Of a stretch of 64,000 bases of DNA, positions 23,993 to 35,139 are shown piece by piece. This DNA comes from Camelus ferus (lineage: Eukaryota), in NCBI RefSeq assembly GCF_009834535.1, contig NC_045707.1, positions 45,882,001 through 45,946,000 of the forward strand, read 5' to 3'. The notes under the pieces were generated by a model that saw only the letters and a program-made list of their open reading frames with translations, had not been told where the DNA came from and did no database searches. The first letter of the stretch is position 1. Each line of letters opens with the position of its first letter. The translations under genes and the position numbers were made by a program.

Positions 23993-25299
23993 TTTACTGA
24001 ATCTACTTTTGGTGTGGTGATGTCTGTTTAAATTTTTATAGTCCTACATTTAAAGATGAACCACACTGGCCTGCTTTCCTGAATCATAATTAGGTGAATC
24101 TCTTTTTCACCCACAAAAGATATTCCCAAAATAGCTTCTACCTCCAAATTTTAATAAGTCAATTTATTGACTTAAGTGAATTAATTGGATAAGGGGGTAA
24201 CCCCAAGTGTCATTATAGACATATATATTGGGCACTGAGAATAGAGAAAAGTTCTCAGATTTCCCTTTTCCACTGAACCTATAATATACTTTTTTAGCTT
24301 TCACCTTTGGTATCAACTTTAAGGATTTGGTCCTGAATTTGGGCGGATGGAGGAGGGGCTGCCTTAAAACCACCAACCACACAACAAACGATACTAAAAG
24401 GAAGAGGAAGACAAAAAATGAGGCATAAAACATATTTCCACTTGTTAGGGGTTGTTGCATGCCCCCTTTCTGTTATTTTTCCAGGTTCCAGAAAGAAATG
24501 ACAGCGGAGATGTTCTCCTTACCAGTGAACCTGTTTTTCCTGACTTGGGTTTCTGCCCTGAATCGGTGACTGCTTTTCTAGTGCCAATCAATACTAAAAA
24601 ACATACTGAGGACCCCTTTAAAGTCCAAAACACACAGTACTTCGCCCAAAGTGGGCAGCTCTTTCAGTGCCTCACGTGGCCACGATCACAATGTGGTGTT
24701 CTGTCAGTGCCTTTTCATTTTGCAAATCTTTATCGACCATTAGGCATTGTCCTATAAATTTGGGAATACACCAGTGAACAAAAGACTAAAGCCAGTCTTC
24801 CGGAAGTTTACATTCTAAGGGATTATATTCTAGCTTCATTTAACTATTGTACCCATTTACTCTCAAGAGTTGATTCATTAAACTTTGCCTTAATATATAA
24901 GATTCTGCCCCAGCTTTTTAAATTTAAGTGTTTTTTTTTTATATTTATTGGGATCTAACGTTTTGTTAGTCTAACAAACCTTTTAGTTTAAGGTAAGAGC
25001 CTATAACAGAGCCCACTTTTCCACAAGTAAAAAACCGAACTGTCTAAAACTGGTTAGGTTATCTATTTTTGCTCAAATCTGAACAGTCTCAAAACTTCCG
25101 TTTAAGGACCGCCTTTTGCAAACAAGACGCTAAGCGCAGGCAGCTTCTGAAAGTTCCCATTAGGGTTGAGTGGCTCTGGAGGGGCAGTCTCCCTCCTTTA
25201 CGATAGGGGGCAGCCGACTTTCAGGGGCTTAGTTCTTTCATCCCTCCACTAGGAACGTCACGACCTGCTCTCGCCGCCTCGTTACTCCACTAGTGCGCA

Positions 25300-25527
25300 G
25301 GCCCCGACGGGAGCGCGCACCGAGGAGCTGAGGGAGGGGTCACGAACTCTGACCCCCCCCCCAAATACACAAACGCAGAAAGCTCCTTACCCCCATTTTT
25401 TCTTAACCCTCCCTGCTTCAGCTTTCTCCAACGTGTCTCTTCCCGGAGTCCCCCGCCCCAGCAGCCGCCGCAGTGGGACTGACCGGTCTACGCCCGGCAC
25501 AGAACGTAGCTCGGTAGAGAAGCGCCG
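25300..25527 (+). other. NR2C1: NR2C1 non-coding exon 1 (TSS approximate)
   Basis: Resembles the NR2C1 5'UTR as I recall it (ggtcacgaactctgacccccc...aaatac...cagaaagctc...ctcttcccggag). Donor CG|GTAAGA at 25528; alternative GG|GTGAGG at 25539. Confidence 0.6.
25337..25355. promoter_or_regulatory. Nuclear-receptor response element GGGTCA-cgaactc-TGACCC (perfect IR7, overlapping IR0-like GGGTCA-CGAACT)
   Basis: Two RGGTCA half-sites in inverted orientation spaced by 7 nt, read directly from the sequence. Confidence 0.75.
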
Positions 25528-28500
25528 GTAAGAGCCGGGTGAGGAGAAAAGCGGCCGCACCCGGGACGGGGGCGGGGGGGTTTCTTTCCTCCAAATTGCC
25601 AACAGGCGCGCCCCCAGCCCTCCCAATAGCCTGCGGCTTCGGCCGGGAGAACCCGCACTCTGGCGGTGCGGCGGCACGCTGCTCCGGGTGGGCTGGGAGC
25701 TCGGAGAGCGGCCGGAGCGCTCGGGCCCATTGCGCGGGGCTCTGACAGAAGCCCAGGCCGTAGCGGGGCCAGGAGCCCGGAGAGGGGCCTGGGCGGCAGG
25801 GCGCGAGAGGGAGTCCGCGAGCGGCTGGGCGCGCACCGCAGCCTCTCCCACGGCGCCTCTGACCTTTCACCTACAGGAAAAGCTTCCGTCTCGGCGCCGC
25901 CGCCTCTTCCCCCGCCTCAGGGAGTCGCGCGGCGCCGCCGCGGGCCCGGGGGGCGCAGCGTGGGCTCGGCCGCCGGCGGGACAGGGGAACGGCGGGCCTG
26001 AATCCCCTTCACCTCGGGGCCTCTTAACTAATTCTCGGGCTCACACAGGACCCACGGAACAACGCCCTCAACTTTCCCAACGAGTTGGGTGGGCGTGCGC
26101 TGCCTCTGGACCTGTATCTTTTGAGAAATAAAACGAAACAGCCCTGGGTCCTCACTGTACTGGGTATCTCCAACCTTCTAGTAGCTCTTTTGTTAAGAAA
26201 CTCTGCCTCCAACTCCTGCAGATACCGTAGTTTTATGAATGACAAATGTTACCAAGTTGTAACCTTCACGAAGTAGGTTGACCTATTTAAAAAAAAATAG
26301 TAATAACTGGGGACAAAAAAATAAATAAATAAAAATAAAAAGACTTGAAATAAAGGCCTGTAGGGTTTTTGTGCCTCCGAAACTTGTAAATAGGCCTTCG
26401 ACATTTGAGGGTTTTAAACGGTTTACTGTGTGGTTGGTTGAATGGTCGGTACATAATGACCGACCATTTAAATTTTGCTTGTATGTCAGTTTGGTAGATC
26501 TAAAGATATACTTCTATTTATTCTTACAAATAAGGGATCACGTGAACTGTAACTGAGTTCATCATTCTTTGTAGGCGACATTTCAGTCATTTTTTTAGGA
26601 ATGGTTTTGAGGGAGACACAAATCAAAAGTAGCAAACATTACCCAAATATCTACTGTCTGTTTGCTACACAAAGAATATAATTCCTGCCTTTGGGAAATA
26701 GAAAAGACGAAAGAAACAGCATATAATAAAAAATTAATAGTATATCTATATGCCGTTTTTGAGACATATAGGACCCTCTGCAATCTCCTAAAATCTTTTA
26801 TGAAAGCAATGGCCTGTCTCTAGAAAAATGCACCTTTACATAAAATTTTGCATACAATATTAGAAGTCCACAGAAGTCTGTTCTTGAATCCTAGTTAACA
26901 ACCTTAGTATACACAGTAAATGCTGTACCCATCTAGAAAGATTGAATTAAAAACAAACAAAAACCCATTAGAACTGAGTCTTAAAGTTGGAATGGAATTT
27001 AAATGAAGGAGGAGGAGCTTGTAATGATATATTGGGGGAATAAAGAACAGTTTCGTTTGTCCTGAACAGAGGCCCTTCTGGGACTGATAGGTGGTAAAAG
27101 GGGAAGATGAGGAAGTCAGCGTATAAAGGAACACTCCTTTGTGTCTGCAGTGAGTGGTAGGTGTGTTATAGGGGCCGAGTAAATACTGGAAAAAATAGCA
27201 GGAGAAGGCTGAAACTATTTTTTGACCATTAAAGAGACTGGTGGTTCTGAAGCAGGAAAATAAGGATGTGTTTCAGTTCTGTAAGCATCTTGAGATCTTG
27301 CTATTTGTCAAAGGTGCTGATGCAAACATGCCTTCTAGGGGCTTTTCATATACACAAAGTTGCATATATTAAATATAGATCCGGGAAACTCAATTCTGGC
27401 AGTATCTGAAGTTACACCCGAAGAATTCTTAACTTGAAGGCCTTGAACTGGCCACAGGAGGTTTTATGAACAACTTGAAGTTCATATACCATCATAGCAT
27501 GAGTAAATATGAACTTGTTTTCTGGTGAGGGAAACCTTAACTTCCATCAGGTTTTCAAACAGATGTTTGACCCCCCCACCAGAAAAAAATATATTATTTT
27601 ACATCATATTCTCAAGTTTTCTTTGACTGCTTCACAGAAAAAATACATTATGTATCATGACTCAACACCCACAGAGAAATTAAATTGAAATAAGTCTTCA
27701 CAAGACTGTTTTTGCCCTCACTGTACCTGGTGCAGTATTTTCTATTCTAATTTCCTCTTTTAAAAAAACAATCCTGACCTACTCTATTTACCCATCCATA
27801 GGCGGCTCACAACAGGAAGTTTGCAAAACACTGCTTTGGGTGACAACAGACTACAGTTAGTTGATGGAAATGGGACTGGTGGGGAAAGAATGAGGGCGCA
27901 GAGCAGGTGCTGGGGAAAGAAAGTGAACTGCATTTGATGTAGAGAGCACAGACTTTAATTTTTGAATCTGAATGGAGGAAGGATGGCATCGTTGACACTG
28001 CTTTTTTTTCCTTTGGGGAGAAAAATGTAAAATGAGATCAAGGTAAATGTGTAAAAAAAAAAATCAGAGCCAAAAATGTAGGACTGTGTCTTCTGTATGT
28101 TAATTAGCTCCAGAGTATTAAAGGCAGCATCCTTAGGCTTTTTTGCTTTGCCCCTCAGGTTGGTAAAAATACTTACACTTCAATGTTTAACTCATGTCTC
28201 TTCTGTAAGGTCTTTCAGACCCTCCCTCTCCAGTGTGGTGGTTCTTCTGACTTCTTGCTCATTTATTGAGCACTTTGTTCATTCAGCTAACTTTCAGGGA
28301 CTGCCTCTTACCTGTAAGAGACTGTTATCCATTGATACAGATATTTTCAGTTAAACTGATTTTTACAACAACTTTTTGAGGTAGATTTTATCGAATCCAT
28401 TTCATTTATGAGCAAATGGAGCCTCAGGTTAAGTGACTGACATGTAGTCAGACATTTAGTAAATAGTAAAAATGGGATTGGAAATTTGATTTATTGACTT

Positions 28501-31500
28501 GAGGTCTGGGACACTCTACTCCCTATATAAACCCCTCCTTGTAGTTCTTTATTTTTCTCTTTATCACTCCTTCCTAGTTTGCTTCACAGCATTTAGTACA
28601 TGGTAATTTTCTAAAATCTGTTTTCTCGCTAAAATACAAGCTCCATGAGGCCGAGATCTTTTCTGTCTTATTCACTGTCAAGTTCCATAGTCTCACAGTG
28701 CCTGGTAAGTATGTTTCAGTAAATAGTTCCTAAGTTCAGGTGTCAATACTAGGCACTGTTAAACACTAGAGGTTCATTGAAAAACTACACAGTTCTTTTT
28801 CCTTAGAAGTCTTTTATTGGAGATGGTCATCTATGCAGATAACAGCAGGGTGCTTTAGAAAATAAAGGGGCACAAGATACAGAAGGCTATAGATGAGAGA
28901 ATGCTTACTTTTCTGATTATAATATGAGATACCCATTCAGAAAGCATAAAGAAGAAAATAAGTGGTCCGTAAATCACCACTTAGAAAGTCATAATTAACA
29001 TTCTTGCATGTTTTGCATAAAATCAGTTGTAAATGTAATTTTCTTCATATTTGCATTTAGTTTGTCATAAGCATTTTTTCTTCATCGTTAAACATTTTCT
29101 TATACATGATTTTAACAAGAATATTTTTTGCACAAATCTTTGTCCTTTGTCTTTGCTAAAATGCCTGCTTGTCAGTAAGGCCATCTCTGACTTCTTATTA
29201 AAAATTGCACACATGCACCCCTTCCAGCATTTTCTGTCACTAGTCTCTGCTCTGCTTTTCTCCATTCCACTTTTTACCATTTGTTGATATTGTATATTTT
29301 GTTTGCTGTCTGTTTTACCTCATCAGAACATAAATTTTACAAGGGGAAGTTTTAGGATTCTTTGCTGTATCCTTAACACTTAGAAAAATGCCTAACCCAT
29401 AGTGAGTTCTCAACAAGTATTTAAATTTTACAAGGGGAAGTTTGTTTTAGTATTCTCTGCTGTATCCCTAACATTTAGATAATACCTGACCTAGAGCAAG
29501 CACTCAAGTATTTGTTGAATGGAAAATATCAAATGAATTATTGGCCCCATGAGGATAAACATTTTTAAGGCTCTTGATACACATTGGCAAATTACTTTTC
29601 TTGAAAGATTGTAACAGTTTATACTTACAATAACAATATGTAAAAAATGCTTATTTTTCTTCAGTTTTTGGAGTTAAATTTAGTCTTGAAAAACATCAGG
29701 TTGACCTAGTGATTCCTTGGTATGCAAGGTAGAGAGAGAAACCATTAGTAAAATCATGGAAGTATGAATCAACATGGTCAACTCAAGGAATTGCAGGTAG
29801 TGCATATGGCTAGAATGTACGGTTTAACCAATAACACCTCAGACCCTGTAGTTAATGGCAAGGCTTTGAAGGATATTAAGAGGTAAAATAGTATTAAATA
29901 TATACGTTAGAGCAGCCTGGCAGCACAATGTTAAAGTAGCAATTGGGTGAATGTTATTAGACTTTGAGGTCAAGAAACTGGGAGATTAGTTATAGTTTGA
30001 GTTGTCTTCATGGACACTGAAGTCACCTATGTTGATGGCAGGAAAGGGACAACAATCAGTGTCAAAGTCTTCAATGATATTGGAACAGAAGTTAATAAAT
30101 GACAATAAAAGTCATTAAAAACTATGATGTAACTGGCTTAAATAAATCTGGCAGAGTTTTTGGTGTGGGAAAAAATAAGCCTTGTTCAGAAGACTACAAC
30201 ATTTAAGTGTCCGTGAGACCTGTATACACTACGTTGTTATACATGTCTATACAAAGTACATAGTTTTGTGCTCATTTGCCTGTTTTTTTTAAATACCTTA
30301 TTGTCTTTAAAAATAATGATACCTGTTAAATTTAATTTTCTTAAGAAAGCTGTATCTCTTTTCCCTGTTACTGAATTCTCCTTCATGAATCTCCTCATTT
30401 TCCCTTAACAGCTGGGAATAAAATCTGGACTGGTATCCCAAAACTAATTTGATTCTTTTCAAACTCTGTCAGTAGTCCCTGCCCATCAAGAAGATTCGGT
30501 ATATCAGTACCTCAGGGTAACTAGTTATTCTTAATATCTTTTGTTTCATGAGGAAGTATAGCAGCCTCCAGTCCTTAAGATGCCAGGCCTCCAGTTCTTA
30601 ATATTGAGGATCGCCAGGCTGCCTTGCCTTTATGCTTTTGAACCAACTTTCAGAAAAAAAGTTTTTGGTATATTTGATGTGCCTGAAAAAAATTCATCAA
30701 AATTCATTTTATTTTGTGAATTCTCAAGAAACTTTGGAAGTTATTTAAAACAACTTAGCTGTGAAGCTAAATTTGTCCTTTACTGAAGAACTCCCTAAGC
30801 AAGGAATTAGAAGGACCTTGATCTGGAAGTACTAAAAAAGTAGTACTGGCATAGTACTTTATCAGAATGAGGGCTTTTCCCACTTCTTTTAGGGGTTTCT
30901 CCAACTGGTAACAAGAAAATTGGAGTTAATGCTGAATTAAAGTTTTGATTAGCTTAGTAGTGTTGAGTGAACTTCTGATTGAAGAGTTTTGTGTAATCAG
31001 TATTGATCAGTAGTGCATCAATTTACAAATCGAAGTGATTGCCTTGCCCATGATTACATCAGTAGCCATGTCTATGCTAGTCCCTATCTTTTGGTAAATA
31101 GGCCTTCCAAAAACAGACACTGTCAATCATGTTAGCATTCCTTTCGCTCTTTCCCTGACCCACCTGCAGTGATTAATCCAAGAAATGATTACATAACCTA
31201 CACTGGGCCAATCAGAATCCATTACCAAGGTTTTTAAATTGGAATTAAGAGAAGACTACTTTTCCTTTCCTGGTGCTTTACTACAAAGGTGAAAATAACA
31301 AGCCAAATAGGGAGACGCTTCAGGATAGAGATAAGGTGATGTCTGATAGCATCAGGAACCCTAGCTCCAGTTTTTCCCAAGGTCCTGGCGGTGTGTGTTA
31401 TGTCCCCTTTGCCCCCAACTTTTTTTTTTCTTCTACTTTTAGGATGGGGTGTTTAAACTAGCAGTAGTTGAGTTTTTATCACAACTGGAGTGACTGATGC

Positions 31501-33015
31501 ATTCTCATAAATACCTGCTTTCATTCCAAATACCTATTTCATTCTCACCAATTTCTGTCATTTCCCCCTTGCTAGTATTTTTGTCTATCAAAGTGAATAA
31601 TACTGTCCTCTGAAAATTTCTGAATTTTAGTAAAGCTTAATAAACTTGGATAGGATTTGAAATTAATTTAGTCTGCCCTTATTTTTTGTAAATGGTGAAA
31701 TTTTTTGAAGTGAACAAGATTACATGATATATTTGAATTATTTCATGAATCTATTTACATGTTAATATTATTTTCCTGGGTAGTTTAATGAGAGAAATGA
31801 GTAGTGATGAAAATAGGATTATATATAGATTTGACTTTGTAACACTGGATCACTGCCTTCTTAGGCTCGAATCTTAAGGTAAGTTAATAAGGTGGCTTGA
31901 CAGACTCTAACATGCTTTACAAGTGGAATATGATAGTTTGAGGTTTCAGTGGAAGATACATTTGATTGGAGAGGGGTCCAAAGGGAAAAGGTTGTTCTTA
32001 GTCTTCCTTCTAGTTAAATTTGTTTCCCAGATTCTTGTTTCTGTTTTGCTCAGTACAAATTGAGATATATGATAAATGAAGTGAGTAATCTAAAAACTTG
32101 CCATGAATATTAACCAGTCTGGATTACATGGACCTGTAAAACATATGAGACAAGGGCTCTGGAATACTGCAGTGGTGATAGAGTTTGTATAGAGAAATAG
32201 AAAATTGATGTGTTGGATCATAAAGTAGAATTCGCCAAATACATGTGCATATTTTTCTAAAGAGGGTGTGTAGCTTTAGTCAGATTCTTGAGGGAGTCTG
32301 TAACTCCAAAAAAGGTTAAGAATCCATTGTAGTTTCTCTCTCTTCTCTTCCTAAATGGGGGGGGGGGGGGAAGGAGGGGGAAGGATATGAATATCTCTCA
32401 ATTCAGTACTCATGGAATAGAATATTCATGCAGTACTTGAAACAGAATACTATTCCGTGAATATTAACATTCAAATAAATTAGCCTTATATTACCTGCAG
32501 CATTGCTAATGTCAAAGTATGCAATTAAACATGCCCTCATACTTTTTGGCTTCTGTGGCAAAAATAATAGTTGATCTTAGTGTAATTGTTAGGTTGTAAA
32601 GTAGTAGCAAGATTTGAATTTGGGCCTTCCTATTTATATACTTTTAAGTAATCAAACAATAATATATAGAAATAGTTTTAATTTTCATTATGAAATAGCT
32701 TTTTGGAGTCTTGTGTTCTTAACACTTGATGATTTTGGGGTTTCTGGAAAAGATTACTTTTCTTTAAACTATTTTTTGTTATTTCTAGGTAATTTTTTAC
32801 AGTAATGTGTTATTTAAATTAAAAAAAAAGCTTATTCAGTGAAAAATAAATCTCTGTCTCATCTCTGTTCCCAAACTACCAGTTCTTCTCCCTGAAGGTA
32901 GTCACTGTAACCAATTTCTTATGTGTTCTCCAGGTAGTTTTTCCTCTCTCTAGATAGCATTTGAAAGCTTTCTTTACATAAATCTTTTACATTTCTTATT
33001 AGATATATGCCTAAG

Positions 33016-33388
33016 TGTTATGGGCTGAATTGTCTTCACCCAAAATTTATTTATATGTTGAAATCCTGACCCCTAGTACCTCACAGTGTGACTATTTGTA
33101 GATGAGGCCTTAAAGAGGTAATTGAGTTAAAATGAGGTACAGGCCCAACCTAATTTGACTTTTGTGCCATAAGAAGAGGAAATTACAACACAGACGCAAA
33201 AAGAAGATGTGAAGATACAGAGAAAAGATGGCCAACTCCAAGCTGAGGAGATAGGTCTCTGAAGAAATCAACCCGGCTGACAGCTTGTTTCACACTTCCA
33301 GCCTCCAGAATTGTGCGAAAATGCATTTTTGTTGTTTAAACTACCTACCATTTGCTACTTTTTAATGTCAGCCTTAACGAACCAGTCA
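33016..33388 (+). mobile_element. MLT1A/B-type MaLR LTR
   Basis: TGttatgggctgaattgt...atatgttgaaatcctgacccctagtacctca...aaagaggtaattgagttaaaatgagg...cttccagcctccagaattgtg. Confidence 0.8.
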
Positions 33389-34575
33389 TTGGTCCTGGGA
33401 AGTGGGGTATGCTGTAACAAATACCTAAAAAATTTGGCACTGGAAAATGGGTGAAGGCTAGGAAGAGTTTTGAGATGCTTATAGGGAAACACATTGCCTT
33501 GAAGAGATTGGTGATAAAAATGTGGATGTCAGAGGTGATTCTGGTGAGGATTCAGAGTAAAAGAAGAGAGCTTAGAAAAAGCTGCTGTCATCTTAAAGAT
33601 ACACATATATCATCATGAACAGAATGTTGTTAGAAATATGAACATTAAAGGTACTTCTGATGAGATCTCAGATGGAAATGAGGAACATGTTATTGGAAGC
33701 TACACAAAAGGCAAACTTTGTTATAAACTACCAAAGATTTGGCCCCACTGTATTCTAGTGTTTTGTGGAAAGTAGAACTAGTAAGTGATGAACCGGGATA
33801 TTTATCTGAGTAAATTATTTCTAAGTAAAGTGTTTCAGACATAGCCTAGTTTCGAAGTAAAGTGTTGAAGACATAGTTTCTCCTTGCTACTTACAGTAAA
33901 AATGTAAGAGAAGAGAGATTGAATTGAAAAGGGAATTATTAAGGAGGCATTGCTTTGGAAAGATCCCCACTGTTTTCCGTATTTGCTGCAAATAATAAAT
34001 CCTCCCTTCTCCTGGGAAAGAAAGAAAGAAAGAATTGTTAAGAAAAATGGAACCAGAACATGAAGATTTTGAAAATACTCAGTCTATTATCCATATTGCA
34101 AAAAAAGAAAGCTGTTCTGGAGAGACTCCCCAAGGTGTGCCTGGACAACCATTTGCTAAAGAGATTATGGGCGTGTGATTTATTAATCCAATCAGCCATC
34201 TCAACAGAAGCCAGGAAGAGAGATGGGATTATCCAGGAGAGATCTGTAGAGGACTGTCTTGTCTAATGGCTTGGACCCCCGTTAATTGCATGGGAGGCAA
34301 CATGATTTTTGAGAATTTTATGCTGGCAGAAATGTTACCAGCTTGGACTGAAGGGGACACAGATGGGGTGAAATGAATGAAGGCTATTGGACTTCTGGGA
34401 TTCTGCTGGATGGGCCAGTAGAGCTGTTCAGTTTTGAACATGTTATCCTTCAAGAAAAGGGAAAAATGACCCCCAAAGTTGGGTCAGAGTTTGGCCGGGT
34501 CTCACTGCCACCATGATCCCAGAGCACACAGACCTGGGGAACAGCTGTCTCCTTAATTGGTTCCAGAGAGGTTGA
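33389..34575 (+). mobile_element. MLT1-int (MaLR internal sequence) following the LTR
   Basis: gaagtggggtatgctgtaacaaatacctaaaa...gagatctcagatggaaatgaggaacatgttattggaa, characteristic of MaLR internal regions. Confidence 0.7.
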
Positions 34576-35139
34576 GGCCAGTACTTTGCAATCTACTTAG
34601 AAACAACTGAATAATTAAGCTAAATATTATATATTGCTTTTAGTACAAGTAATTGAACCATTTAATATTTATAAAGTATTTGAAAGAAAAACAGTTCAGA
34701 TACTTTGACAATTAATATTAATTACAGAATATTAGTAAGTTTATGACAGATAATAAATAATATGGTAAAGTCAGAAATAATTTTTGTATTCTTGACTACC
34801 TGATAGAAAAAGCAAAAGTCAGAGTCAACCCGTTAATCTTACTAGCTCTCAAATCCGTTTGAAGATACTTTTACATTAAATTCAAATTAACCTTAACATG
34901 TAAGAAATTGCCACAGATGACGAACAATCACAAAATTCTAGAGAAATCTTCTGTTCTTCTGAATGAATGCAATTATTTTGTCAGTTTTTACAGTAGGTTG
35001 ATTTAAAAGTGTGTTAAATGGCTACAGTGATGTGTTTACAGAGTTGCCCTTATTTAATTAATAAACTACTCCTAATCTATCAGAGTTCTGTTTAGGCTTC
35101 AGTATCTTTGAAAAGTGAAATTGTTTGGCATTGAATATT

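Larger units (their letters stand above)
19974..24005 (+). other. FGD6: FGD6 3'UTR (~4 kb, inferred end)
   Basis: AT-rich sequence from the stop codon to a well-formed poly(A) signal at 23987. Confidence 0.7.
25090..26105. promoter_or_regulatory. NR2C1: CpG island / NR2C1 promoter
   Basis: Abrupt GC- and CpG-rich ~1 kb block in AT-rich surroundings; GC boxes, ETS-like ACTTCCG, GCGCAGGC (NRF1-like) motifs and a half-CRE ACGTCA. Confidence 0.9.

Noticed and set aside
25387..26131. Overlapping 68-154 aa ORFs on both strands
   Set aside because: Low-complexity Ala/Gly/Pro/Arg products expected from stop-poor CpG-island DNA; no recognisable domain.
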